NCBI GenBank assembly: GCA_015059685.1
Contig: SUZW01000005.1
Span: 19,931 to 83,930, forward strand
From: Rikenellaceae bacterium
Lineage (GTDB): Bacteria; Bacteroidota; Bacteroidia; Bacteroidales; Rikenellaceae
Direction of reading: 5' to 3'
DNA: 64,000 nt
Every line of letters begins with the position of its first letter. The first letter of the stretch is position 1. A program made the translations under genes and the position numbers. Below the pieces are notes generated by a model. That model saw nothing but the letters and a program-made list of their open reading frames with translations. It made no database searches and was not told the origin of the DNA. Positions 53,612-63,534 of the stretch are shown here, piece by piece.

Positions 53612-54790
53612 TTAAAACTTCGCCTTCACATTGTCGGTTGCCTTTTTGAGCAACTCGGCAGGGCAGCAGAGTGTGATACGAACATATCGTTTACCCTCTG
53701 TTCCGAAGATACCGCCTGGAGTGAGGAATACATCACACTTCTCCATAACCATATCGGAGAAGTCGTAGCAGTCACCCTCGAAATCTTCAGGTATCTCTGC
53801 CCAGATAAACAGACCCGCTTGATTTGGCTGGTAGGTACAACCAAGAGCATCGAGCAACGCCATGCCCTGCTTCTCACGCTCACGATAGATGGCGTTCAAC
53901 TCGGTGAACCAATCCTCGCCCAACGAGAGAGCAGTCTCTGCAGCTGCCTGAATAGGGTAGAACATACCCGAGTCCATATTCGACTTGAAGGTCAAAATCG
54001 AATTTATCCACTCCTCCTTACCGATGATAACACCCACACGCCAACCTGCCATCGAGTGACCTTTCGAGAGCGAGTTCATCTCCATAGCCACATCCTTTGC
54101 ACCCTCGATTGAGAGAATACTCATAGGCTTGTCGGCATTGCGGATAAACGAGTATGGGTTGTCGTGGATAACGAGGATATTGTGCTTGCGACCGAATGCC
54201 ACAATCTTCTCGAACAACTCACGGGTTGGAGTCTGACCTGTCGGCATACCGGGGAAGTTGGCGAACATAATCTTCACGCCCTCTACGCCCGCAGCCTCAA
54301 TAGCCTCAAAGTCAGGCATAAAGCCGTTGGCCTTATTGAGCGAATATGGCACCATCTCGCCACCTGTCATCGACACAGCAGCCTTGTATGCAGCATATCC
54401 GGGGTTTGGTACGAGCACCTTGTCTCCAGGGTTGATAAAGGTCTGACAGATATGCATAATGCCCTCTTTCGAGCCGATAAGAGGCAATACCTCGGTGTTG
54501 TAATCAACCTCTACGCCATACCACTTGCCGTACCAATCGGCAAACGCCTTACGAAGAATAGGCTCGCCCTTAAACGACATATACTTGTGAACATCGGGGC
54601 GAAGAGCCTCCTTCGACAGACGCTCAACAACCGATGGGTGTGGCGGAAGGTCGGGGCTTCCCATAGCCAACTTAATAATCTGACGACCTGTAGCCGCCTC
54701 AATCTCTGCAATCTCACGAAGACGACGAGAGAAGTAGTACTCGCCCGTTCCATCCATGCGATGCGCACGCTCGATAGTAACCTTGCTCAT
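53612..54790 (-). CDS. PLP-dependent class I/II aminotransferase
   Basis: GSPDLPP, GSKEG, DNPY, SLSKGHSMAGWRVG; start at ATG 54790. Confidence 0.9.
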   Translation of the reverse strand: MSKVTIERAHRMDGTGEYYFSRRLREIAEIEAATGRQIIKLAMGSPDLPPHPSVVERLSKEALRPDVHKYMSFKGEPILRKAFADWYGKWYGVEVDYNTEVLPLIGSKEGIMHICQTFINPGDKVLVPNPGYAAYKAAVSMTGGEMVPYSLNKANGFMPDFEAIEAAGVEGVKIMFANFPGMPTGQTPTRELFEKIVAFGRKHNILVIHDNPYSFIRNADKPMSILSIEGAKDVAMEMNSLSKGHSMAGWRVGVIIGKEEWINSILTFKSNMDSGMFYPIQAAAETALSLGEDWFTELNAIYREREKQGMALLDALGCTYQPNQAGLFIWAEIPEDFEGDCYDFSDMVMEKCDVFLTPGGIFGTEGKRYVRITLCCPAELLKKATDNVKAKF

Positions 54791-54965
54791 AAACCTATAA
54801 AATTTTGCTCTTTCTTGGCGCAAAAATAGAGAAAAAGAGAATGCCGAGAAGAGGCGTGACAAAAGACTTTTCAACAAAAAGTTAAAAGAAACCGACCACG
54901 CAGAAAAATTTTGTGGTCGGTTTGAAAACCAATGACAATCAATGGCATTGAATGGCATTCGTTAA

Positions 54966-55050
54966 GCCTGCTTTGCAGTCTTTTCCTCCTTACGGCTCGG
55001 CAAAGCGCAAACTTGTTTGCCCTCTGCTCTCGCTCCGCAGCGTCGGTTCG
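54966..55050 (-). repeat. Palindromic intergenic repeat family B, copy 3, flanked by GAATGGCA(TT) repeats
   Basis: Minus strand CGAACCGACGC...GCGAGAGCAGAGGGCAAACAAGTTTGCGCTTTGCCGAG...AAGGAGGAAAAG. Confidence 0.7.
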
Positions 55051-55186
55051 CCAAGGCTCACTTAATGGCAACGAATGGCAAAAAAACTTTCAGCGCCTGC
55101 CATTCAGCACTCTACAAGAGTGCGCATGTCATTAAATGTTATTCAGGGCGTAGCCCGAATGCCATTATTGTTACGCCAGCTCTGCA

Positions 55187-56551
55187 TTAGAAGTCGTAGC
55201 CCTCGATATAATCGGCATAGTAACTCCAATACGATTTGGCTTTATATGCGTTTACCGAATTGCGTGGCACATATATTTTTCTGCCCGAAGCGTTGTCGTA
55301 GAACATATCCTGACCTCCCGTCGGCGGAGTTGTTGGCTTGCAATATACACTTGTCAGCGAGGTACAATAATAAAATGCACCTTCTCCAATCGAAGTAACG
55401 CTATCTGGAATTGTAACACTTGTCAACGAGGTGCAATTATCGAATGCATGATATTTAATCTCGGTAACGCTATCAGGAATTGTAACACTTGTCAGCGAGG
55501 TGCAATTATAGAATACAGAATTTCCAATCGAAGTAACGCTATCAGGAATTGTAATACTTGTCAGGCTACTGCAAAAAGCGAATGCCTCACTTCCAATCGA
55601 AGTAACGCTATCTGGAATTGTTACACTTGTCAGCGATTTGCAACCATAGAATGCATAATCTCCAATCCAAGTAACGCTATCAGGAATTGTAATACTTGTC
55701 AGCGAGGTGCAATTATAGAATACCCTCTCTCCAATTGAAGTAATGCTATCGGGAATTGTAACACTTGTCAGCGAGGTGCAACCATAGAATGCACTACCTC
55801 CAATCGAAGTAACGCTATTTGGAATTGTAACACTTGTCAGCGAGGTACAATAATAAAATGCACCTTCTCCAATCGAAGTAACGCTATTAGGAATTGTAAC
55901 ACTTGTCAGCGAGGAGCATCTATAGAATGTCCAACTTCCAATCGAAGTAACGCTATTGGGAATTGTAATACTTGTCAGCGATTTGCAATAATAGAATGCA
56001 TCATCTCCAATTGAAGTAACGCTATTGCCGATTGTAGCACTTGTCAGCGATTTGCAATAACGGAATGCATCATCTCCAATCGAAGTAACAGCATTTGGAA
56101 TAGCAATCTTTTTGAGATTACTACAGCCATTAAATGCCGATGTACCGATAATTGTAAGTTGCTCTGGCAGAGTGATTTCTACAAGGCTGACACAACCCTC
56201 GAATGCGCTGTCGGCAATCTTTTCGAGAGAGGTAAAGTACTTCAACTCGGTAAATGAGAAGATTGACGAGCCCTTGAATGCTGTGCCAAGGTCGGTAACG
56301 GCTGCTGCCTCCTCGTATGACAACTCGCCATCTTCGTTCTCGTCCCAATGGAGCGTACAGAGGAGTTTGGTGTTTTCATCTTGGAACTCGATAGCCTGCG
56401 TCTTGTCGTCAGAGTTATCCTCACCACCTTGGTCGCCACTACCGGGTTGCTCGGTTTGGTTTCCGTTGTTGTCTTCATCGAGTCCGTTTGCCGGCTCGCA
56501 GGCGGTGAAAATCATTCCGACCGCTGCCAATAAAAGAAAAATCTTTTTCAT
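55187..56551 (-). CDS. BspA-type leucine-rich repeat lipoprotein
   Basis: Lipobox FTAC; cap WDENEDGELS.EEAA.V; many 23-aa repeats LTSVTIP(D/N)SVTSIG..AFY.C; start at ATG 56551. Confidence 0.92.
   Translation of the reverse strand: MKKIFLLLAAVGMIFTACEPANGLDEDNNGNQTEQPGSGDQGGEDNSDDKTQAIEFQDENTKLLCTLHWDENEDGELSYEEAAAVTDLGTAFKGSSIFSFTELKYFTSLEKIADSAFEGCVSLVEITLPEQLTIIGTSAFNGCSNLKKIAIPNAVTSIGDDAFRYCKSLTSATIGNSVTSIGDDAFYYCKSLTSITIPNSVTSIGSWTFYRCSSLTSVTIPNSVTSIGEGAFYYCTSLTSVTIPNSVTSIGGSAFYGCTSLTSVTIPDSITSIGERVFYNCTSLTSITIPDSVTWIGDYAFYGCKSLTSVTIPDSVTSIGSEAFAFCSSLTSITIPDSVTSIGNSVFYNCTSLTSVTIPDSVTEIKYHAFDNCTSLTSVTIPDSVTSIGEGAFYYCTSLTSVYCKPTTPPTGGQDMFYDNASGRKIYVPRNSVNAYKAKSYWSYYADYIEGYDF
55345..56100. 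repeat. 69-bp tandem coding repeats (LRR units)
   Basis: About 11 near-identical units containing TCCAATCGAAGTAACGCTAT..GGAATTGTAA.ACTTGTCAGCGA. Confidence 0.9.
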
Positions 56552-56603
56552 AATAGTTTGTATTAAAATGTTAAACAAAAGTATTTGCACTATTATGACA
56601 AAA

Positions 56604-56836
56604 AGAAAGTGTGAGGTTGATTTCGTTTATTGAATAGAAGGTTGTGGAATGACCTTTAAGAGAATAAACGCTGCATGCCCCACACCTGTATATAGCAATA
56701 CATTGGCATAGAGCATACCAATAGCATATATACAAGAAATGAGTGCTGTTCGTTCGCCCTCTCTTATGAAAACTTCCACATTTTCTATTCAGGACTTCGA
56801 AAAACACTTTCTATATGTCTGCAATCCGAGGACTGC
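56604..56836 (-). ncRNA. Conserved structured 5' leader element, copy 2
   Basis: Homologous to copies 1 and 3; about 50 nt upstream of the LRR gene ATG. Confidence 0.8.
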
Positions 56837-56840
56837 AACG

Positions 56841-56872
56841 CAAATTTAGAAATTTATTTTTGATTAAGCAAA
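56841..56872 (-). promoter_or_regulatory. Bacteroidetes promoter for leader copy 2
   Basis: TTTG (56869-56872), 20-nt spacer, TAAATTTG (56841-56848). Confidence 0.75.
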
Positions 56873-56897
56873 ATTTCTCTCGTCTCTCGTCTTTAAT

Positions 56898-56976
56898 CCC
56901 ACTTCGTGGGCTTTTCCTCCTTCTTGCAAGGGATAGTCTGCAAGCAGCCTCTCCTCTTGCTTCGTGCGTCGGTTCG
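56898..56976 (-). repeat. Palindromic intergenic repeat family B, copy 4, flanked by TCTCGTC heptamers
   Basis: Minus strand CGAACCGACGCACGAAGCAAGAGGAGAGGCTGCTTGCAGACTATCCCTTGCAAGAAGGAGGAAAAGCCCACGAAGTGGG. Confidence 0.7.
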
Positions 56977-57041
56977 TCTCTCGTCTTTTTTTAGGTAATT
57001 ATAAAATTTCTCTCGTCTTTTTATTATATTTGTCGCTGATT

Positions 57042-58700
57042 ATGGAATTTCTCAACCAATTTATATTCGGAGAGGGTATTGCCCACTCGATTTTTGTGCT
57101 GGCGATGGTTGTTGCCGTAGGTACGCTGCTTGCCAAGGTGAAGGTGGGCGGTATATCGCTCGGTGCCACCTGGATACTCTTTGCTGGTATTGTGGCGAGC
57201 CACTTCGGAATGACTCTCCACGCCGACACGCTCAACTTTGTGCGTGACTTCGGCCTGACACTCTTTGTCTTTTCGATAGGTCTGCAGATTGGACCGTCGT
57301 TCTTCTCGTCGTTGCGCCAAGGTGGCTTGAAGCAGATGGGGCTCGCCATAGCAACAATGTTGCTCGGTGGGGTAGTGGCCTATCTTCTCTTCCTCGCCAC
57401 GGACACGCCACTCCAAACAATGGTCGGTGTGATGGACGGAGCCGTAGCCAACACCCCTGCAATGGGCGCAGCGCAGCAGGCATATCTCGACCTTACAGGT
57501 ATTGACGACAAGTCTATCCCGTTGAGTTTTGCCGTGGCCTATCCGATTGGTGTTGTGGCGGTTATCCTTGCCTTTATGGTGTTGCGAGGGGTCTTGCGTG
57601 TGGATATTAAGAAGGAGCGAGAGGAGGTAGCTCGACGCTATGGCGAAAACCGCCTCGCAGCGAAGTACTCCATCGAAGTCGAGAATGGCCAAATGAACGG
57701 CAAGAGCGTAGGCGAGATACGCCAAATCATCGCTCGTCAGTTTGTCATATCCCGCATCTCGCACGACGGCAACAAAGCCTTCATAGCCGATGCATCGAGC
57801 AAGGTCTATTGTGGCGACAAAATCTTTGTGGTCAGCTCTGCCGAGGACAAGGAGGCAATCTTGGCCTTCCTTGGTCGTGAGGTCGAAATGCTCGAGGAGG
57901 AGTGGGGCGAGTTCGAGGGACAACTCGTATCACGCCGTATCGTCGTAACACGCTCGGAGATAAACGGCAAGCGTTTTGTCGATTTGCGCCTGCGCACCAA
58001 GTACGGCATCAACATAACCCGTGTAAATCGTGCCGGTGTCGATATCATTCCGCATCAAGGTATGGAGCTGCAACTCGGTGATAAAGTGATGGTTGTAGGC
58101 TCGGAGGAGGCGATAAACGAGGTGTCGAAGTTGCTCGGTAACTCGCTCAAAAAGTTGCACGAGCCACATATCTTCACCCTCTTTTTAGGTATTGCGTTGG
58201 GCGTATTGGTCGGCTCAATACCTTTTATCGAGGCTCCGCAACCCGTAAAGCTTGGCTTGGCGGCAGGGCCTATGTTGATGGCGATTTTGATAGGTCGTTT
58301 CGGAACACATTGGCACTTAATTACTTACACGACATTGAGCGCAAATCTGATGTTGCGAGAGGTAGGTCTGGCAATGTTCCTCGCCTCGGTGGGCTTGGCT
58401 TCGGGTAATGGCTTTGTCGAGGCTGTTGTTGGTGGGGGATATATTTGGTTGCTCTACGCTCTCGTTATCGCTATCGTGCCACTCCTCGTTATTGGCCTTT
58501 TTGCTCGTCTATATTGCAAGATGGATATCTTCACCATTATGGGTATGTTGTCGGGCAGTATGACAAACCCTATTGCTCTAAACTACGCCAATTCGTTGGC
58601 CGGTAGCGATATGCCGGCAATCAGCTACGCCACGGTCTATCCGCTGGCAATGTTCCTGCGAGTTTTGATAGCGCAGACTATGATACTATCGCTGTTATAG
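57042..58700 (+). CDS. AspT/YidE/YbjL family transporter with two TrkA-C domains
   Basis: FGL.LFVFSIGLQIGP.FF, NTPA.GAA, YPIGV, duplicated TM domains ending YATVYP; start at ATG 57042. Confidence 0.88.
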   Translation: MEFLNQFIFGEGIAHSIFVLAMVVAVGTLLAKVKVGGISLGATWILFAGIVASHFGMTLHADTLNFVRDFGLTLFVFSIGLQIGPSFFSSLRQGGLKQMGLAIATMLLGGVVAYLLFLATDTPLQTMVGVMDGAVANTPAMGAAQQAYLDLTGIDDKSIPLSFAVAYPIGVVAVILAFMVLRGVLRVDIKKEREEVARRYGENRLAAKYSIEVENGQMNGKSVGEIRQIIARQFVISRISHDGNKAFIADASSKVYCGDKIFVVSSAEDKEAILAFLGREVEMLEEEWGEFEGQLVSRRIVVTRSEINGKRFVDLRLRTKYGINITRVNRAGVDIIPHQGMELQLGDKVMVVGSEEAINEVSKLLGNSLKKLHEPHIFTLFLGIALGVLVGSIPFIEAPQPVKLGLAAGPMLMAILIGRFGTHWHLITYTTLSANLMLREVGLAMFLASVGLASGNGFVEAVVGGGYIWLLYALVIAIVPLLVIGLFARLYCKMDIFTIMGMLSGSMTNPIALNYANSLAGSDMPAISYATVYPLAMFLRVLIAQTMILSLL

Positions 58701-58796
58701 AGAATAAGCCCCAAGCGGATAAATCTTTCGAAGATGCACTGCGAATAAAGAAAGAGGCGTATGCTATGGGGTGTAAAAGCCCCGCATACGCCTGAT

Positions 58797-60281
58797 TTAT
58801 TTCTTATCCGACTCCTCTTCAAGCAACTCTTTTGCCTTTTTATGTCCCTGCTTTGCTGCAAGCGACAGCCACTTTTGGGCCTCTTCTATATTTTGTTCAA
58901 CGCCTTCTCCTGCGTCATAAAAAGCCCATAAATAAAATTGTGCTTCGCAATGTCCTTGTTCGGCCGCACGACGAAACCATTTAATCGTTTCTTCTACATT
59001 TTTTTCCACAATACGACCTTGGTAGTAGACCCTTCCAAGCATATATTGTGCTTCTGCATTTCCGTTCTCTGCGGATAATCGCAACCATTTAATGCCCTCT
59101 TCTGTATTTTGCTCAACGCCTTTTCCTTCATCATAGAAAGCCCATAAATAATATTGTGCTTCGCAATGTCCTTGTTCGGCCGCACGACGAAACCATTTAA
59201 TCGTTTCTTCTGCATTTCCCTCCATAATACGACCGTTGTAGTAAAACGTTCCAAGTATATATTGCGCCTCTATGTGTCCATTCTCTGCTGCAAGCGACAG
59301 CCACCTTAAAGCCTCTTCTGTATTTTGCTCAACACCGTTTCCTGTGTCATAGAAGCACCATAAATAATATTCTGCTTCGCAATGTCCTTGTTCGGCTGCA
59401 CATCGAAACCATTTAATAGTTTCTTCTACATTTTTTTCCACAATATAACCTTGGTAGTAGAACTTTCCAAGCATATATTGTGCTTTTGCATGTCCATTCT
59501 CTGCGGATAATCGCAACCATTTAATGCACTCTTCATCGCTTTGCTCAACTCCTATTCCACCTTCATAACATAACGCCAATTCACATTGGGCATACTTATG
59601 TCCCTGTTCTGCGGCAACACGAAAGTGGATAAAAGCTTGCTGATCATTTTGTTCTGTTCCGACACCATAAAGATAGTGAACAGCTGTTTTATATTGAGCG
59701 TCATCATGTCCTTTGTTTGCCGCCATCAAAGCCCACTTAAATGCCTCGGATTTGTTTTCTTCAACGCCTTTTCCTTCAAAATAAAAAATGGCTAATTGGT
59801 GTTGAGCATTTACATTCTCTTTTTCAGCGGCCATGCGATACCATTTTGCCGCCTCCTTGTAATCTTTCTCTCTTCCTAATCCATGGTGAAATATATATCC
59901 CAAAGCGTATAGAGATTTGTTATTTCCCTGTTCGCCGGCTCGCCTAAACCACTTTGCAGCTTCATTATAACTCTTCCTGTCAAAGTAGAGGCACCCTAAA
60001 TTATGTTGAGCATCTACATAGTTTTGGTTTGCAGCAAGAGTGTACCAATAGATAGCCTTGTCATAATCTCGAGCTACACCCTCTCCCATTTCATAGGCCC
60101 CTGCCACATTATATTGCGCCTCTGCCAACCCTTGCTCTGCCGAAGCCAGAAACCAGCGAAAAGATTTGTTATAGTCCAACTCTACCTCTTTGCCTTCGTT
60201 ATATAGGCAACCCAAGTCATTCTGCGCCCAAGCCTCTCCTTTCTCGGCACGCTCAATCAGTAATTCGATTTGTCTATTCAT
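58797..60281 (-). CDS. Sel1-like repeat protein
   Basis: About 13 36-aa repeats AQ..LG..Y..G.GV..D...A..W...AAEQG; start at ATG 60281 (or 60290), overlapping the upstream stop. Confidence 0.9.
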   Translation of the reverse strand: MNRQIELLIERAEKGEAWAQNDLGCLYNEGKEVELDYNKSFRWFLASAEQGLAEAQYNVAGAYEMGEGVARDYDKAIYWYTLAANQNYVDAQHNLGCLYFDRKSYNEAAKWFRRAGEQGNNKSLYALGYIFHHGLGREKDYKEAAKWYRMAAEKENVNAQHQLAIFYFEGKGVEENKSEAFKWALMAANKGHDDAQYKTAVHYLYGVGTEQNDQQAFIHFRVAAEQGHKYAQCELALCYEGGIGVEQSDEECIKWLRLSAENGHAKAQYMLGKFYYQGYIVEKNVEETIKWFRCAAEQGHCEAEYYLWCFYDTGNGVEQNTEEALRWLSLAAENGHIEAQYILGTFYYNGRIMEGNAEETIKWFRRAAEQGHCEAQYYLWAFYDEGKGVEQNTEEGIKWLRLSAENGNAEAQYMLGRVYYQGRIVEKNVEETIKWFRRAAEQGHCEAQFYLWAFYDAGEGVEQNIEEAQKWLSLAAKQGHKKAKELLEEESDKK

Positions 60282-61344
60282 AATCTTCATCCCCCTCTTC
60301 GAATGCTTTGGCTGTTGCCAAAAGATCATTGTATATCCGAGAATAGTTTGATATGTATTGTTCCGTCTGCTTCTCAATAGCCTTCTTTCTTCTAAAATAT
60401 AGGATTGTATGGACCAGAATAAAGACGCCAAAAGCACCCAATATATAGAGATATGTAAGAGAGCTGTACTCGGTTAGAGCGACCTCATTTTCGGCTTTGC
60501 GGAAAAGATTTGCGAAAGATGTTCCTGCATTTGACATTTCACGCCACATCCACACAGAACCAGACACCAATGCACACATCGAAATAGACCCCCAAAAGAC
60601 TCTTTTAATTTTATCTTTATTCTGTTCAGTGGCAGCATCTATTTCTAACGCCTTGTCAAAGGTATAGTGGTTTGCTATATCCTTGGCATAGCGCTCGATA
60701 AGTCCAGAGATTATATTAGATTTACCGATAAGTTTCTTCGATTTAGAGAGTTTGACGATAAGAGAATAGAGCGTTTCAAAGAACTCCCCCTGTTTCTGCT
60801 GTAAGATGCTGTCGTGCGCCCACCAACGCATAAACTTATTAAACACACCATCATCCCCCTTTTCTTTCTGTTTTAATACAGAATCTACAACAGCTTTTTT
60901 CATAGCAGCCTTTGCGGCTGCGCCGGTTCCGGCTGTCGAGGCTGCAATAGCTATATCCGTAACACTCTCGCCCAAGGTCAAAACAGCATCTTTCATCAAA
61001 CCTTCATATTCGGAGCGTTGAACGGCTGTATCGTAGTCGATTTTAGCCTGCATAAAAAAGATGTAGTTATTTATCATAACAACCGATTTCTCCCTAATCA
61101 TCTCTCGCTCTTTGGAGGAGTCGGTCATCTTGATTGCCTTGCGCACATTGGCAAAAAGCAGGTCAAACGAACTATCATAGAGTTTTGGTGATTGTACATA
61201 CTTCAACACCTGAATTTGTGCGTTGAGTGCAGCGGCCAAAGACTCATTCGCCGTCTCTGCAATTTGCTGCAATGCTACCTCTACATCTTGTAGATTTTGT
61301 ACTTTGGTTAGCTGTGCCGTAGTGTTATTAGTTATTTCGCTCAT
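60274..61344 (-). CDS. Hypothetical helical protein with two C-terminal TM segments
   Basis: 356-aa ORF, AT-rich codons, two hydrophobic stretches; no family recognised. Confidence 0.75.
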   Translation of the reverse strand: MSEITNNTTAQLTKVQNLQDVEVALQQIAETANESLAAALNAQIQVLKYVQSPKLYDSSFDLLFANVRKAIKMTDSSKEREMIREKSVVMINNYIFFMQAKIDYDTAVQRSEYEGLMKDAVLTLGESVTDIAIAASTAGTGAAAKAAMKKAVVDSVLKQKEKGDDGVFNKFMRWWAHDSILQQKQGEFFETLYSLIVKLSKSKKLIGKSNIISGLIERYAKDIANHYTFDKALEIDAATEQNKDKIKRVFWGSISMCALVSGSVWMWREMSNAGTSFANLFRKAENEVALTEYSSLTYLYILGAFGVFILVHTILYFRRKKAIEKQTEQYISNYSRIYNDLLATAKAFEEGDEDYE

Positions 61345-61358
61345 ATCAAAATTGCTAT

Positions 61359-61586
61359 TTATCTCACCTCCTCAATATCGAAACAGCCCGGCCAAATTGG
61401 CGACCAAGCATACTTTGCGTTTATATCAATACCATACTTATTCATAAACATACGGCGCACCAACTCAAAGCCCTCACCATGGCGTGGTGTCAAGCCGCAA
61501 CGAATAGGCACCTCTATTGACATACCCTCTACAAGCCCGACCTCTCTAATGCTTCGTCTAACACGAATAATGTAGGTTTGTACCAT
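61359..61586 (-). CDS. Small protein resembling DUF6140
   Basis: I.V.R...G..L.EGMSIEV...V...FM.KYGIDI pattern (recalled, unverified); first gene behind leader copy 3. Confidence 0.55.
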   Translation of the reverse strand: MVQTYIIRVRRSIREVGLVEGMSIEVPIRCGLTPRHGEGFELVRRMFMNKYGIDINAKYAWSPIWPGCFDIEEVR

Positions 61587-61645
61587 AACAAAATACACAT
61601 TTATTTACCGTAACAACTCCTTTGCGGTGGGTTAGTAAAAAAACA

Positions 61646-61897
61646 AGAAAGTGTGGAGCTGACTTCCGTTTATCTGAAAAGAGGCTCTGGAATGCCCAAC
61701 TGAAAATAAACGATTACAAGACCCCACACCTGGATAGTATGGGTAGATACGCAGAGAGCGTATAGCCACATAACTATACAAGAAATGAGTGCTGTCGTTA
61801 TCCTTTCAGTTGTGAAATTTTCCAGATTTCTTTTCAAGGATAAAAGCGAAAACACTTTCATCTAATATGTTGCGCCGAGGGCATAACACCCTGCGGC
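61646..61897 (-). ncRNA. Conserved structured 5' leader element, copy 3 (most divergent)
   Basis: Same nested stems with different sequence and a different 5' hairpin; promoter element TAATTTTG at 61902-61909. Confidence 0.78.
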
Positions 61898-62022
61898 TCC
61901 ACAAAATTAGTAAAAATTTCGCAAATGACAACACTCTTGCAGGGCCTTGTTCGGATAAAATAGAAAAATCGGCTCTCGCAGATACAAAAGTCACAATATA
62001 ACGACTTGATATATTACACAAA

Positions 62023-62055
62023 TTCGGCGGTGAAAACAGATTCACCGCCGAAAAA
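62023..62055 (-). terminator. Intrinsic terminator after the MFS gene
   Basis: TTCGGCGGTGAA-aacaga-TTCACCGCCGAA perfect 12-bp stem. Confidence 0.7.
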
Positions 62056-62100
62056 TGGCAACCATCGAAAAGGTTGCTTATTCTCTCTATGTAAGTTCGA

Positions 62101-63504
62101 TTACTCCCTCACATTCGGAAGCTCCAAGCCGTAGCCGTTGCGCTTGTCCATCGCCTTCAGCCAGAGGCTGAACAGGAGTGCCAAGCCACCCAACGATGCA
62201 AAAATCAACATCGGTATAGTGTAGTTGTAGGCCACATCTGCGCCCGCAGCAATCTGCTCGGCTACGCCCGGGTTGCTCTTCTCCAATGCCCAACCGATAA
62301 GTATCGGTGTCCCACTCAAACCGAAGTTCTGCACCCAGAAAATCAACGAATAGGCACTACCCAAGAAGCGTTTGTCCATAATCTTCGGAATTGAAGGCCA
62401 AAGCGATGCAGGTACCAACGAGAACGAGATGCCCAAGAGAATAATTGCGGCAAACGCAATCACCTTGCTCGGATAGGCCGGCAACACCAAGGCAAATGTC
62501 AAGTGGCAGACAATCATCAGCAACGAGCCAAGAATAAGCATCGTTGCACCCTTGCCCTTCTTGTCGAGGAACCAACCGAGGAGTGGGGTGATGCAGGCTG
62601 CACCTATAGGGAACCAACGGAAGATATCTGCAGCCGTAGTAGCCGACACACCGAGGTTGCTCTGCAACATATTGGCTGCAAACTTCTGGAATGGGAATAT
62701 TGCCGAGTAGTACAATACGCAAAGCATTGCCACAATCCAGAACAGTTTACTTCTGAAGATATTTACCACATCGGCCAACTTGAACTCCTCTTCGCTCTCG
62801 CCCTGCACTGCATCTGCGCCCAACTGCTTGTCGAGTTTCTTATCCATCAAGCAGAAGATCGAGAAGCAGATAAGACCAATAAGCAGAAGTGCTGTGCAGA
62901 ATGCCACAGGTCTAACAACGGTAGGCTCGAACTCTCCGGCCAAGCGAGGCGAAATGGTGAAGATAAAGAATACACCAACTCGTGCCAGAGCCATCTCCAA
63001 GCCCATAGCCAATGCCATCTCCTTGCCCTCGAACCACTTTGCCAACGCCTTCGATGCGGTGATACCTGCCATCTCGCAGCCGCAGCCGAAAATCATAAAA
63101 CCGAGCGAAGCGAGTTTTGCGCTACCCGGCATCGCTACCCACCACGAGTTTAACCACGCCTCAAATGCCGAACCTGCGAAGAGGTCGCTCACAGCGTAGA
63201 ACTTGATGCAGGCACCGAGGAACATCACCGTTGCCGACAACTCACCCGTAAAGCGGATACCCATCTTGTCGAGGATGATACCTGCGACAATCAGGAAACC
63301 AAGCACATTGAGCAGATACTCCGAGCCCATAAATGTGCCGAATACATCGGGAGTCCAGCCGTGTGTCTTCTGAATAACCTCCTGCAACGGAGAGATTGCA
63401 TCAACGAACATATGCGCAAAGAGCATCATCAGCGCAATAAGCACCATCGCTCCCCAACGGGCCCACGCATAGTCGTTCAAATGTTTTTTAATGGTTTCTG
63501 TCAT
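62101..63504 (-). CDS. MFS transporter
   Basis: About 12 TM segments, GIILDKMGIR (motif A), KWFEGKEMALAMG. Confidence 0.9.
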   Translation of the reverse strand: MTETIKKHLNDYAWARWGAMVLIALMMLFAHMFVDAISPLQEVIQKTHGWTPDVFGTFMGSEYLLNVLGFLIVAGIILDKMGIRFTGELSATVMFLGACIKFYAVSDLFAGSAFEAWLNSWWVAMPGSAKLASLGFMIFGCGCEMAGITASKALAKWFEGKEMALAMGLEMALARVGVFFIFTISPRLAGEFEPTVVRPVAFCTALLLIGLICFSIFCLMDKKLDKQLGADAVQGESEEEFKLADVVNIFRSKLFWIVAMLCVLYYSAIFPFQKFAANMLQSNLGVSATTAADIFRWFPIGAACITPLLGWFLDKKGKGATMLILGSLLMIVCHLTFALVLPAYPSKVIAFAAIILLGISFSLVPASLWPSIPKIMDKRFLGSAYSLIFWVQNFGLSGTPILIGWALEKSNPGVAEQIAAGADVAYNYTIPMLIFASLGGLALLFSLWLKAMDKRNGYGLELPNVRE

Positions 63505-63534
63505 AATATTTAATATTTTTTAATGTGTGTTCGT

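Noticed and set aside
55345-56100. Regular repeats as a CRISPR array
   Set aside because: The 69-bp period is in frame and encodes LRR units; there are no unique spacers and no cas genes.
58860-59560. 216-bp repeats, or the two LRR genes, as a diversity-generating retroelement
   Set aside because: These are in-frame coding repeats. There is no reverse transcriptase and no template/variable pair with adenine-specific differences.
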